Shown here: in pieces, positions 49,650 to 63,535 of the stretch
Numbering within the stretch: the stretch's first letter is position 1
Layout: every line of letters begins with the position of its first letter
Origin: Lama guanicoe
Lineage: Eukaryota
Assembly (NCBI GenBank): GCA_013239625.1
Contig: MU053574.1
Coordinates: 433,844 to 497,843 of the forward strand
Length of the DNA: 64,000 bases
Direction: 5' to 3'
The notes under the pieces: model-generated
What the model was told of the DNA's origin: nothing
Database searches by the model: none
Seen by the model: the letters and a program-made list of their open reading frames with translations, nothing else
Translations under genes and position numbers: made by a program

Positions 49650-50620
49650 GAAGCCCTAACAGCACAGCACGTCCGCCTCAGCGCGCCCTTTCGCCCCGCA
49701 GGCCCATCCCGGCTGGGCTGTTGTCCGCAGGCTCTGGGCGCCCGCCAGCCTCGAGGCGCGCTGCTTTTCTGCTGTGCTTCCGCCCGAGTTCCACCCGGGA
49801 GGCCTGGGAGCCCCCGAATCCTCCGTCAGTCACCCCGGCTTTGCATCTTGGCTTCTCTTTGAACCGCCTCAGCCCGAGAAGGATGTCAGGCTAGACGCCG
49901 GCGTGCGGGAGCCAAATGCAACTTGGGGGGAGAGAGACACAGTGTGTCCTGGGCTCTGCGGTAGCAGGTCCGCAGTGTGAGTAATTAACAAGGGCCGCGG
50001 TCTCTCCTGAGACATCTGGTCCCCCAAATTTTTATTCTGCGACCGGCTTGTCTCCCCGGCTCCACTCCGGAGCCCCATCCCACACACGCACACGCACACG
50101 CACACGCGCACACCCCAGGATGCAAATGATAACTGCAGAGCCATCACTTGTGAAGCTTGACAGAAAATAATGAGAAACACTAAATCTTTTATAAGGTCAA
50201 CACTCGCCTTAGCCGAGCAGCTGTCAAACAAGAAAAGAATTTAGCGCCGGAGCCACGAAACTTCCATCGGCTCATTAAGCCCAACAGGGCCCGGGCCCGG
50301 CGTGGCGGAGGAGACGAGGGGCGCTCCGTTTTGTGTCAGTAATTTGCGGCGGAGGAGGCAAGAAGAAACAGCCAGCGCCAAAGGGGCCCGGGGGGCGGCT
50401 GGGGAATCGTTAGTGCGCCGGGAGCGGCCCTGGCTCCTAATTGGAAGCATTGGGCATTATCAACGGAGGATTTGCCTCAGTTCCCTGACAGCTCGTGGGC
50501 CCAAAATGATCGCCCACTTGTCAGTGTAAAAGACCATTAAAAACAAACCATTTTGATTTAATTGGAGGCGGTGCACCGAGGGGCCAGGGGAGAGGGCGCG
50601 TCCGCCCCTCTCCCTGGGTG
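49650..50620. promoter_or_regulatory. Orphan intronic CpG-rich region, candidate enhancer
   Basis: CpG-rich, with no repeat I recognise, and carrying octamer, MEIS and homeodomain motifs. Confidence 0.55.
49936..50048 (+). repeat. 113-bp direct duplication, copy 2
   Basis: 104/113 identical relative to 46960-47072. Confidence 0.92.
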
Positions 50621-52740
50621 ATGGGGAACGGGGCGGGTGGGGGTGGGGGTGTGTTTTCCAGACCTTTCGCCTTTCAAAAACTGTCGGAGGAAGGAGTGAA
50701 TGGGAGATGGAACGGGACTTCACAGCGGCAGCCAGGGCTGTTTTCAGTGGGGTTGTCAGCAAACACCGTGACAAGCGAAGCTGCCAGGAAAGGGGGGGGG
50801 GTTCTCCCCTTTCCTTTTCAGAGCCCAGATCATCGGAGACTGCTTGGTGTTCTTCTTCTAGAAGATGGCCAAGAGGCACCTGGCTAGGGGGCCTAGCCTG
50901 GAAAAGGGCAGTGGGATATCCCAGTGGGCTGCTTCACCCCCCCCACCCCCCACCCCTCCGTAGAGATATCAGGATGTGGATGGTCACGGTGGACTCTCAT
51001 CTTCAGTGGACAGTGGGACTTCTTTTACTGTAATTGACTTCTTTTATTTTAAACTCCAGTACAAGCTAAAGAAGGAGTTAGTGGAGGAGACGTGTTGATA
51101 GGAACCTTTCGAGGAGTCCTTGTGAATGGCGTGGGCCCCGACGACTGGGACTGGCGTCCCCCGCGGTGGTCCCCCGTGGAGGCCGTGGTGCTGGTGACGC
51201 CTGGTTGAGAATTTCACACCGTCTGCATAAGAGGAGGCCACACTCTGTAAATGCAAACCTAAACTCCCAGTGGGTTCCCCCAATAGGGCGGGGGTATCTC
51301 TCTGCGTGTAGCTTTTGAGTCAAAGTACAGACTCCCTGATGCCGGGGACTGTGTTTTGCATGTTCATACTCAGCACATGAACGCGGTGGGTACTTGATAA
51401 ATATTAATTGGCGCCTGCCAGATCTCTGAGAGGTCTATATATTTGTATATTAATCTCACCCCGTTCCCACAAGCGGCGATCTCATTTGCTGCTGACTGCT
51501 TTCCTGTCAAGACAACACACACAGGGGCACACGGTGCTGGAGAGTGTCCTTGGGAGAGCGCGGGGGAGACGCGCCAGCCGATTCCTTCATAAGCTTCTGT
51601 TCATTTTGATGAAGGATCAAGCTGAGAGGAGACACCAGATCCCTGGCGAGCATCAAATTCCAGAGCTTCAGAATTTTGCTGCTGAATTTAGACAATGGGG
51701 ATTCCTTAATTACTTTCTCTGGAAATTTACCTGGCAGTGCTTTCCCAGGTAGCACAAGGTGGCTATTCAGGCACACGGTTCCTCGGTTGACAGAGTCTTT
51801 GATTTTGTGCTTGGTTGCAAATTAAGTCCTTTGCTGAGCCGTCCATGCAGTGCCCTTCGGTGCCTTATTGCATATTCATATTGGCTGTTGAACGACTCCT
51901 GTGTTACTGCCAGGGAAGCAGGGGACACGCTCAGATGCGTGGTGTCCATGGGGTGGAGTGCACTGTGCTGGGCTGTGGTGCCGTCTTTCCCCTTTTCTCT
52001 TACTGGCATCATGAGCAGGAAGAACTTTTTCCTGGTATCTTTTAAGGACTAGACTCTTTCTGTGGTTGACAAGGAAAGTCACAAATAGGAATATTAGAGT
52101 TGGGTGTCCTCAACCCACTAGTGAGGGTACTGGTGCCCCACTCCAGACACCGTTCCAGGTAAATGTCAGTGGACAAGGGACCTGACTCGACTCTTAGGGG
52201 CATCCTGTGGACAGTCAACAAATCCTGGCTGGATGGTTGGCTGGACAGACAGTTGGATGGATAGATGGATGGGTTAGGAGCCTGGGATAAGGCAAGACCC
52301 TTTAGACACGCCCTCGAGATTCAAGCCTCTTAAAGATCCTCCCCATTTTCTTTGCTCTAAATAGATGTTTCATTTTCTTCAATATTTGTACCCACAATTT
52401 TGTTAAAAAATCATGTAGAAAGGTGGTTCAAGTGAACAAATCTGTGACTGTAGACAAAGGTAGAGGATGCATATTGAGTGGCAGAGGTCATGGTATCTGG
52501 GTGATCCACCGTCATTGCAACCCAGGGTCCCATCTTCTGGTATTTGGAACTCTGCCCCGAGGAACAATCAAGAACCCAGACATGGATGACAAAACTGTCT
52601 GACTTCAGGGATTTGCAGGACTATCAATGAGAAAGGGAAGCAGGTGATTCCATGGGGGCTCCAGAGAGAAACACAACCAGGAGGTGCAAGGTAGGAGGAG
52701 CCAGAATGAGGCAAACTTTGGCTGAACTTGAGAAAGAAGC

Positions 52741-53102
52741 TGCTGTGGACTGAACTGTGTCCCCCTAAAACGCATGTGTGAAGACCTGCCCCACAGTGTG
52801 ATGGCGTTTGGTGGTGGGGCCTTTGGGAGTAACGGTTTAGATGAAATCATGAGGGTGGGGCCCCAATCATGGGACTAGTGCCCTTATAAGAAGAGACACC
52901 AGAGAGCTTGCTTTCTCTCTCCTTGCCACGTGAGGTCACAGGGAGAAGGTGGCTGTCTGTAAGCCAGGAAGAGAGTCTCACCAGACCCTGACCGTTCTGG
53001 CACTTTGATTTCCAGCTTCCAGAACTGAGAGAAATAAATGTCCATTGTTCATGCCACCCAGCCTCTGGCATTTTGTGACAGTGTTCTGAGCAGATGAAGA
53101 CA
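52741..53102 (+). mobile_element. MaLR LTR (MLT1A-like)
   Basis: TGCTGTGGACTGAACTGTGTCCCCC...CCAGAACTGAGAGAAATAAATG...AGACA. Confidence 0.8.
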
Positions 53103-53279
53103 GAAGTTCATAATCCTCAGGTCTATTGAACAGACGACAGCCTGCCTCCAACAGGATGTTTCCTTTCGAAGCTCCAAATTGCTTTACGGCAAACGTATGG
53201 ACATGTCGTGCCGGCCTTGGCGAATGTGTACTTCAAACATAACCGTGTAGGAGGAGCTGACATTGACCCAGGGACCGGG

Positions 53280-53420
53280 CGCTTCTTGCTGAAAATGCAG
53301 GCTGGGCGGCTACCCCAGACCCACTGGGTCAGGGTCCTGGGTGGGGCCCTGCACTCTGCATTCTAAGCCTCCCCTCAGAGGATCCCAGGCACAGCCAGCA
53401 TTGAGGACTGACCCTCTGGA
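53280..53420. mobile_element. MER5-like hAT fragment
   Basis: AAAATGCAG...CCCCAGACC...GGGCCC...CTGCATT pattern. Confidence 0.5.
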
Positions 53421-56400
53421 GGAGCAGATGCCAGAGCCCCGTCCAGTGTGGAGCTGTCCCTGCTCCGAGGCCTTCCCCTGGCCGGGCCGGGCCGGGCCAA
53501 GCACTTCACACGCATCGTTGCACTTGGTTCTGTCATTATCCCCACTTTACAGATGCAGACAGAGAGGCAGGCCCGAGGCAGGCTGGGACCTGGAGCATCG
53601 GTGTGGTTTCTGAGCCCACAGGCTCGGCCCTCCTGCTAGGCTCCACCTCTGCCTCATGCCTTTTGGTATAGCAAGCCTGAGCCTCTGATCATTGGCTTCT
53701 TTCCTCTTTAGCCTTGGGGCCAAATTGCAATTTAAAAGAAGCTCTGGGGTTTTGTCCAGGTCTAAGGGCTATCAGGGCAGTGAGAAGTTTTGTTTATTGC
53801 AAGGGCTTAACTCAGCCAGAGCAGGGCTGACCACGACCCCCCGGACACCTGTAAACTCAGCCGAGCTCCTGACCGCCCTTCGCTTTCCTTCCCAGGTCCC
53901 GCACTCAGCCCCGCTGGCCCCGACCTCAGCTGTAGGTCCTCAGTACTTATTGGCTCTTTCCGAGCCTGAGACCCGGAGGCAGCTAGCCTGAGGGCTCAGC
54001 CGCCACGCGCCACTTGTTAACAGTGACCTTGGGGCACGTGCCTTGAAGCCTCCAAGCTTTGGTGGTGTGACTTCTCTCTGCCACGTAGGGTTATTGTGAG
54101 CATTGCCATGAAACGAGACCATCCACCAAAGCACCCAGCCCAGCACCGAAGGGGCTCTCGGGACGTGTGAGCTGTCAGCGGTGTTTTCGTGCGGCTGTCG
54201 GGGAACGCGGTCTTCTTGGATGCCCTTCCCTCTGTATCTCCAGCCAGTGGACTTCGGTCAAACCACCCACGTTGTTTATACTGCTGCAGCACCTTTTCCT
54301 GGGCTCAGTTTGAGGAGAGGCAGGGAAAGGCCAGAAAAACATCCCCATCGTCTTACTTTCTCCCCGACGTATGTTCTCTGGTGCCCATGAACTCTGCGTC
54401 TCCGAGGGAAACCAGGAAGGCTGTGTTCTTTGCTTGAGGCTTTTAGACACAAGGCTGCCCACCCCGGGGTTCATCTTGCCTGCACTTTTGACAAACCTCA
54501 GCTTACATGAACCTGAGTTTACCCAAGTAGATCGTCTAATGTTGTTTATCTGTGAGACCCTGCTGCTGGTCATGCGCCAGGCGGCTTGGACCACATCACG
54601 CCAGCAACCTTGGTGCCTGGTGACAGAGGCTGACAAGTGGGGGTGTGTGGAAATGAGGGGTTTGTGGGAGATGTGGAGGAAGTCATTCCAGAGGTGGCAG
54701 GCGTTAACCTGAACTCCTTCTCGAGCCCAGGAGAGTCTCTTTAGATCATTGAGGATTTATTCCCTTGGGGATGAGCTGGAAGAAAAATTGGGACCCTGAA
54801 AGTCCTATCAACTCCCAAAACTCAACATGAGATTCTAGCTCTCTCCAGAGATTAGAAATATATACCTGATGTCAAAACAAGCTGTCTTAGTCTATTTTCT
54901 GGCTGACTTTCAACACGAAATTTGAAATATTTTTGCACCCAGTGGGGGAGAAGGGCTTTCTGGATTAAACTGAAAATTCCCAGGTGTCGGAAAGATGAAG
55001 GGGACAGCCAGGCTGGGGGTCCCCAGGTTGCAGGGCTGTTTCTGTTACAAGTGCCAGCTCCCTCATCCCCCACGACACCTGCTGTCTCACTCCATGCCCC
55101 AGGTCCCTCCAGACCCTGAGATTTCTCCAGCTGCTGCAGAAGCTTGGCCACTCTCTCCTCTCTGCCCCTCATCCCCTCCCCAGCCTCTTGTCCCCATCCC
55201 TAGGGCTTCGGCTCTGGCCATTTGCGACTTGCCAGTATTTAAGGAGCAATGTCACCTCGTGAGCAGGTGCCTAAAAAGTCTGTCTCTCCAAGGTGCCGGA
55301 TTATGTAAAACCAATTAAGCCTCTGCTTTTATCCCTTCAGCAAGTCAGCTCCTCTGCATACTGATCTGATTTATGATGGGGGAGGTCTGTATTTAGGGGA
55401 GAAATGTCAAGAGCATCGGGGCCTCTGAATCATTCTTCCTGCTGCCCTGTTTCGCGTGTGACATGTACCATCCCTGCTCTCAGTGCCCTACGCGGCAACC
55501 TGGCACGATTCTTATTCCCATGTAACAGAGCGACAGGCTTCTTAAAATACATCACTGGTGCAGGGACCTTGGGGAGGGGCAGTACATCTGGAGTCTGCCC
55601 TTCCTGGGTCTGGAACGAGTGACTCTGCGGCTTGAGAGACCCCGGGCAGAGAACGGTGCATCTTTATTTGAATCGTGCAGGCCTTTTGGAGAGGGGGCGG
55701 CTGCAAGGTGGACAGGTCGAAAGCCCGCTCGGGGGTTGAACAGAGAGTTAACTTCCCATCCAGTTATGATTCGTGAGAGAGCTTAGAGGTAGGGAAGAAA
55801 ATCCTTTTCTTAGATTGAGCAGCTCTCACTAATCATCTCTGGGTGTCACTGCTTGACTGACTGCTGATTTTTTTTTTCCCCGCCGCCGTCTCCTGTTCTA
55901 TTAGGAAGCCAGGGGCCCAGGAGACCCGAGGCAGGGCTGGTCTTCCACAAAGAGAGGAGTCTGATCCCAGCGTTCAGAGCACAAGAGCTTGTAAATCAAA
56001 CTGTTAGCTTAATAGCTTGGGCCATTATTCTAAAGCAGTGGGGCTGAAACCAAAAGCCAAATGAAAATATAGTCAATTTGTTCATACTTTGGTGACTGAA
56101 TGACTATGTAATGTAAGTGGGTATCGGGGCTGTAGAGGAAAGATGGGGCAGTGATGGGGGTGGGGGGCGGCGTGTCCAGGTTGAAGTGGAGACCCCAAGA
56201 TGCTTGGGCAAAACCCCCTCTAAAATGGATCTCGAACCTCCAATTATGTCATGGGCTTGGCCCTAGAGATCTGGACTCGGCAAGTCAGCCACCTTCATGG
56301 CGGGGGGAGAGCTCGGGCCTCTGACCTTCACGCCTGATGGAAACCGAGTAGGAGAAACCAGGCTTGGCCAGCATCCCGGGAGCGTTCTGTGAGCCCTCGG

Positions 56401-56734
56401 CGGGGAATGGAGCGGAAAGGGGGATGAGCACCGGGACGGGCACCCGGGGAAGGGGGTGAGTCCCCCTCCTTAAAAGCACTTTTTAAAAATAGCCTTCGTG
56501 GTTTTGTAAAAGTTACCAGTGCTCACTATGAAAAGGGAAACAAGGCAGAGAAGGGCATCCGAGGAAGCAAACAGCCTCCAGCTCAGCCCGGGGTCACGGC
56601 TGCTGCCACGTGGGGCCCCTCCTCCGTGACGTGTGGACGCCTCCTTCCAAACGGGGTCGCAGCACAGCTTGTTTGCCCCAGTAACATGTGGGGAGATTAT
56701 TATTAAAGTGGCAACATATTTTGTAATTTTTACA

Positions 56735-56838
56735 CATTTATTTACTATTTATATATTTTAATGACAGTACTGGGGATTAAACCAGGACCTCGTGCATGCT
56801 AAGTATACGCTCTACCACTGAGCTATACCCCAACCCCT
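56735..56838 (-). mobile_element. tRNA-derived SINE (vic-1-like)
   Basis: Minus strand reads GGGGTATAGCTCAGTGGTAGAGCG...GGTCCTGGTTTAATCCCCAGTAC plus tail. Confidence 0.8.
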
Positions 56839-57068
56839 GAAAATGTTATTAAAGTGTTAGTAAGCAAGACTGAAGCCAGTATTTTCGGTGGCTGTGTAAT
56901 ATTCCACAATGCTGTGAATCAGCTATGTAATGTCTGTAATATCTCCCAACGCATACCTAAGTCACTGCTTGGCAGCAGCGTCCAAACTTTCACCGTTGTT
57001 GTCAGTGCACCATAAATACTTGGGGCTCTGTCCCTTTGTCTTTGGGCCATTATCACCGGCAGTCTTTT

Positions 57069-57972
57069 TGGGCTTTTGGTTTTGTTTATTTATTTATTTA
57101 ATTGAAGTATAGTCAGTTTACAATGTTGCATTAGTTTCTGGTGTGCAGCGTAGTGATTCAGGTACACATACATATATATATTCCTTTTCATATTCTTTTT
57201 CATCATAGCTGTTACAAGGTATTGAATAGAGCTCCCTGTGCTACACTGTAGGACCTTGCTGTTTATTTATGTTATGTACAATAGTTAGTATCTGCAAATC
57301 CCAAACTCCCAATTTATCCCTCCACCCCCTTGTTCCCTTCCTGGCAACCACAAGTTTGTTCTCTATGTCTGTGAGTCTGTTTCTGTTTTGTAAATAAGTT
57401 GATTTGCCTCATTTTTTTAGATTCCACATATAAAGTGATATCATATGGTATTTTTCTTTCTCTTTCTGGCTTACTTCACTTATATGACAATCTCCAGGTC
57501 CACCCATGTTGGTGCAAATGGCATTATTTTATTCTTTTTTATGGCCGAGTAGTATTCCATTGTATCTATATCTTCTTCATCCAATGATCTGTCAGTGGAC
57601 ATTTAGGTTGCCTCCAGGTCTTAGCTCTTGTAAATTGTGCTGTTATGAACATTGGGTGCATGTATCTTTTCAAATTAGAGTTTCCTCCAGATATGTGCCC
57701 AGGAGTGGGATTGCTGGATCATACAGTAAGTCTATTTTTAGTTTTTTAAGGAATCTCCATACTGCTTTCCATAATGGCTGTAGCTTCCAAACTACAGTCC
57801 CACCAACAGTGTAGAAAGGTTCCCTTTCCTCTGCACCCTCTTCAGCACCCGTTGTTTGTGGACTTTTTACTGATGGCCAGTCTGCCTGGTGCGCAGTGAT
57901 ACCTCGTGGTAGTTTTGATTTGTGGTTCTCTAATAGTTAGCGATATTGAGCATTTTTTCATGTGCCTACTGG
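57069..57972 (-). mobile_element. 5'-truncated L1 3' end, relatively young
   Basis: Typical L1 3'UTR and ORF2-end sequence with a (TTTA)n tail. Imperfect TSD ACCGGCAGTCTTTT (57055) / ACTGGCAATCTTTT (57973). Confidence 0.85.
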
Positions 57973-59749
57973 ACTGGCAATCTTTTGGTAAAGAGGGAGA
58001 AACCATGTTGACCAGATGACCGTAGACTATGTGGTTCAGGTTTTGAGAGCAGGGTTGGGGGTGCTGTTCTCCCAGCTGGCCAAAGGAGGGCTGTCCTGGC
58101 CAAGCCAAACATCTGGCCCCCTGCTGGAAACACCCGAGGAGGTTTCGGCAAAAGGCAGGAGAACAGGGTGGGCCAGCCTGTGCCTGAATTGTGTTGATGG
58201 GGTTATCATCGTGAGGGTCGTCCCTACCCCCAGACTCGGGGCCACCAGCTCAAGGTTGGTATCTCCGCAGCATTTCAGGCTGTGGGAATGGACACCTGAA
58301 GGTGGAGTTTCTTTAAACGTCTCCGTCTAGCCATCCACCTGTGCAGTTACCTGTCTGCCGTCCATCACACAGTGGTGTGTCGTCAGCACTAAGAACAGAG
58401 TCTGACACTAAGGTGCTCGGCGACAAGCTTTGTGAATGAATGAGTGAGTGAGTGACCACCAGGACCATCCGCACGGCAGCTGCCATTCACAGGCGATGTG
58501 ATAAGGGTCAGGCACTCTGCTAAATGTCGTACACCTGTTCTTGCAGAATCCTCCCAGCAGCCCTGCCAGGTCAGTGTCACTGGCCCATTTTATGAAAGAG
58601 AAAACGGGGCCTTGGACAGGTAGCCTCATGACAGGCCAGGAGTGGCAGGGTCACCACGTGAGCCAGGTCTGGCTGACTCAGAGTCACAGACACACACACA
58701 CACGCACTGCCCCCTCCCCCCTGCCCCCAGCCCCCAGCCCCCAGCACACCTCACCAAGGACAGAGAGAGCCTGGCCTCCAGGCAGAGAGGGCACGGGCCC
58801 CAAGCCCAGCGGTTCCCCCACTCAGGGACGAGGTGATGAGTTCACAGTTTCCAAAAAACTCTGGGTTTGGGGTCTGCCACCTCCAGGAGCCCCCGTGCCT
58901 CCTGCCACATGGCTCCTTGCCAGTAAACTTGGGATCACGGAACCTTGGGCTGGAAGAAATCCTTAAGAACTAGTACCACCCCCTCCATTTTCAGATGAGG
59001 AAACTGAGGTCCAGGGGGGTCTAGCCGCTGGTCCAGCCGCTGGTCCAGCCTGGTGACTGGCTGGTGGCCCATGGTGAGTGTTCCGGTAGCATATCCACTC
59101 ACCAGCTGCTGGCCAACCCTCCTTCTGGGCGCTGGCCCTCGGGTGGTGGTTGCTGGTCACACAGACCAGGAGGGAGCGCTGGACGCTGTGGGGCTGGACC
59201 AGGCCCCCACCAAGGGGTGCTTCTGCTCCTCTCCCTGGTCCTGCTTGGGCTCCGGACCCAGAGGTGCCCTGCGTGGTGCCGGATGGGGAGGGATGGAAAG
59301 CCAGCTTGCTCTGCGCTGACCCAGCCCAGGAGCGCCTGCGCCCTGCCTGCTGCTTTTCCGTGTGAAAGGTGTTTAATTATTTCTGACAGAGTTCAGCGTC
59401 GACATCTGTTCGCAAGTGGGGAGAGTCCATTTAGGTTATCCATCACTGTGGCATGTTCCACTTTTTTGGAAGCGCTTTTTCCTTTCATAATGGGGCCGGG
59501 TGGGGAGGGGGGTGAGGATCAGCGCAGACACGAGGCACAAAGACACTCCTGGGGCCACCACGGCAGCAGCAGGAGTGGCTCTGGCCGGCCCTTCTGAGTC
59601 CAGACCCTGTCAGTGGCTGCCAGGGGCCGGCGGGCACCCGGACGTTTTGGTTGGGATGGTGGTTTCATCAGATCTGTGGAAGGCTTGTAAATTCTTCTGT
59701 CCTTCTGGGCTGGCCACTCATTCATTCATCCACTCCTTCATTCATCCTT

Positions 59750-59892
59750 TTTTTTTTAAAACTGAAGTACAGTTGATTTACAATGTTGTGTTAGTTTCAG
59801 GCGTACAGCCACGTGATTCGGTTATGCATTCTTTTTCAGATTGTTTTCCATTATAGGTTATTACAAGATGGCAAATATAGTTACCTGTGCTC
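59750..59892 (-). mobile_element. Short L1 3' terminal fragment
   Basis: TGAAGTACAGTTGATTTACAATGTTGTGTTAGTTTCAGG..., homologous to the tail end of the 57.1-kb L1. Confidence 0.7.
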
Positions 59893-60229
59893 TATCCTTC
59901 ATTCATTCTTTCCAAAGACATTTACTGGCCACCTGCTGAGTGCCAGGCCCCGTGCTGGGCTCTGGGGACACAGTAGGGGACATGACAGGCATGTCCTTGT
60001 GGGCTCACACTTTACAGGTGAAGACGGGCCTTGAACAACTAATTGCCCAGTTAATTAGTGAGCTGTAATGTGGATGAATGCCTCGAAGGGTGGGAAAGGA
60101 GCCCTTTGGTGGGGAAGGGGAGCCCTTCACCGGGGGTGGGGCTGGGAGGTGAAGGACAGTGTCCTCAGGAAGCATCCCCAACCGGCAGTGCAGAGAAGAG
60201 GCCCTGGATTAGGCAGCCACCCCCTTCTC

Positions 60230-60350
60230 ACAGGGCAAGTTCCTTCACCTCTCTGAGCCTCAGTTTCCACATCAGTAGAATGGGGACATCATAGCTATGA
60301 GATAATACATGTCCCGCATTTGGCACACAGTTAGAGCTCAATGAATGCTT
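60230..60350 (+). mobile_element. MIR SINE
   Basis: GGGCAAGT...CCTCTCTGAGCCTCAGTTTCCACATCAGTAGAATGGGGA. Confidence 0.65.
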
Positions 60351-62334
60351 TTCGTTGGGGGTGCTTCCCAATCAGGAGGGTACTGAATGTTGTAGTGGTG
60401 GCGGTACCAGAATGGGGCTCTCGGATTCTCTACTGGGCTGTGCTGGGTGGCGCCCAGGGACCAGCCCTGCTCTGAGATTCCAGGGCTGAACTTCCAGAAA
60501 CCCATGAACATTCCCGGAAAAGATGAACAACACTCTAGAAGTCCCCGGGGCTGGCGTTTTTATTCTATTTCTCATCATTTCTATGACACCGTGGAAAGTG
60601 CCTTTGAGCTCAGGCCCTGCAGTCAGAGGAACTTGGTTCCAGGCCCAGCCACATGCTGGGCGAGGAAAGCGCGAACCCTCTCTGCCTCTCCTCTGTACCC
60701 TCGGGTGAGGATATGCTTACGAAATAATACCTGTAAATGACTTGGCACTGCTCCCGGCACCGAACAAGAGGCCAGCATCACAGGTTGGCGACTGTGCTCA
60801 TAACAGTATTTTATAACAATAATCTAAAGACTGGAAGGGGCCTGAGGTCAGCAAACCCCATCTTTTAGAAATAAAAACTCTTATTTCTGGATTTGTGCTC
60901 CTACTCCAGGCCAGGCTATGAGGATACCCGTGTCTGAGACAGGTGTTTCTGATACAGAAGAATCCACGTTACCTGGGGTGGGAGATGTTGGGTGTGGAGG
61001 GGGCCCTTTCCTTGCTCTGATGGCAGGGAGGGGAGACCACCTGAGCCCTCCTTTGTCCATTGCCTTGGGAGCTATGGGTGGATTTTAAATCGGGGCGGAG
61101 AGGGGCTGGGAGCCAGTGCTGTAGGGCGGAGTGTTGCCGAGGGCATCTCGTCCCCGAGGAGCCACGGGTCTCGGTCCTTCCTGGGCAGGTTCCCAAGGAT
61201 GCCCCCCACCACGGATGTCAAACAGCAGGAAAATCAGAGAGAAATGAGCAAAGGAGGAAAGAAGGAGGGGCCAGGAAGGGGGCTGTGGATGGAGAAACTC
61301 CCAAGTGGGAGACAGAGAAAGGGGAGGAGGGATGAGGTCAGAAAGACGGAAAGCTGGGGGAGGCCGGGGACCCGGAGGTGAGTGATGCTGCCCAGGCTGG
61401 GGTGCGGGGGCTGCGATGCAGCAGCGATGCAGCGCCTCCCACCACCTCCTGCCCGGCTCCCGGTCCTGCCCGTGTGTGTGTGGGGACGGCATGGGCTGAT
61501 GGGTGGCGGGGCACATGGTCACTGACATATGCTGATGAAGGCCACTTGGGCAGGACACGAGAACCACTTCAAGGGGGGCAAGCAGGCTTCTCTGGCAGCC
61601 TGTTCGATTGCATTAGGCTCAGGAAGGCACGGCCCCTTCATTGTCTAAATTGCAGTTTAGCTCAACACAGCAGCCAGGCCTGAGCTGGCCAAGAACGTTG
61701 CTTTGTGCAGCTGTCTTCCTGGGACCAGGCGTGTCCCTCCTGCCCCTAGAAAGGCTCACAGTGCCTGAGCTGAGCACGCCCAGCCCCCACCCTCCTGAAG
61801 CCCTGTCCCTCCTATGACGGTGTCCCCAGCTCCTCCCTTGCCCTCTCCCTGCTAAGAGCCGCTGAAGTGAACCTGTGTCTGATGCTGCGGGCTGACGTGG
61901 CGAATGGGCCCCGGGTCCGTGCTGAGGCCGGGGCTTGGTGTTGCTAGCTAGGTCACTCTGGCAGCCCGTCAGCCACAGGAGACATTTGCTCCAGCTTCCC
62001 GGGACACCACCCCGTGGGAGCCTTAGTGCTGGTGGCACCGCGCTGTCCTGCACCCCCAGGTCCCCAGTGTGGGGTGCGGCGTACGGCCCCACCACTAGAG
62101 GGGGTTTGTCCCAGACAGTGCCTGCCCCAGGGGACGGACTCCCTGGCTCTGCGGTCAGACGGCCCGGATTCAGCCCAAGGCTGCCCTTACCAGCATTCTC
62201 CACGGCTCCTGACTGTGAAATGGGGATGACAGCGGCAGCTCCCCACTTCAGTGAGTCGGAGGCTCAGCAGAGCTCAGTGCCTGGCAGTTATGGCGTTACT
62301 ATTACTATTTCTATTGCTGTTGTTCTTGTTGCTA

Positions 62335-62634
<300 letters not shown>

Positions 62635-63159
62635 TCAGGATGCCTGGTGTCGCAGGCCCGTGGTCACTTTCCTCCTGGCTCCGCCCCCTCTCCCAGCCTG
62701 ATTTCCAGGCTCCCGCCCCCGGCCCCACCTGTGACCTCAGCTTAGCGCTCTCGGGGTGAGACCACGGGATGCCCAGGGTGTGTCGTCCCTGGAGCTCTCT
62801 GGGTCTGGCCCGCTGCCGCCCTGAGGGTTTGGATGCATCCCAGACAGCCGTGTAATTCACTCTGTAGCTAACACAGCGCTGGTGGTTACCAGGGACTCCA
62901 CGATGTTGGAACCAAGAATGTGTGAGTCCACGGATTGTCACCGTTTCTGGGGAGCAGGTCCTCGCCACGGCCTCCTCGTGGAGGAGGAAGGTGGCCTCCC
63001 TCTGGGGGAGGGATGTGGGGGTCAGTTCGGAGCCCTCGAGGTCTCTGTGGGTGAGATTTCAGAGGCACAGGGAAAGTCCTGCTCCTCCTTAACACACGCC
63101 CTGTGCCCCCCAACAGATGCTGGCAAGCCCCAAATTCGGGGCCTGCAGCTCATGGGGTC

Positions 63160-63535
63160 TGCTCCGAAGTGAATTATGTCCCCTCCAGATTCCTGTGTGG
63201 AAGCCCCAGCCCCCAGTGAGTGCGTATTTGGAGCTGGGCCTTTAAGGAGGTGACTAAGGTTCAGTGAGGTCAGGGGGTGGGGCTGTAGTCCAGTGGGGAC
63301 AGGTGTCCTTTTAAGAGGAGGAAGCGTCACCAGGGACGTGCACAGAGAAAAGGCCACGTGGGGACACGGGAGGAAGGTGGCCGTCTACAGGCCAAGCAGA
63401 GAAGCCTCCAGTGGAACCGGCATGCTGGCACCTTGATGGTGGCCGTCCAGCCTCCGATGGTGAGAAAACAGATTTCTGTTGTTTAAGCCACCAGATCCGT
63501 GGTACTTTGTAACGGTCACCCCAGCAGACTCACAC
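63160..63535 (+). mobile_element. MaLR LTR (MLT1-type)
   Basis: GAATTATGTCCCTCC...TGTTGTTTAAGCCACC...GTGGTACTTTGT. Confidence 0.75.
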
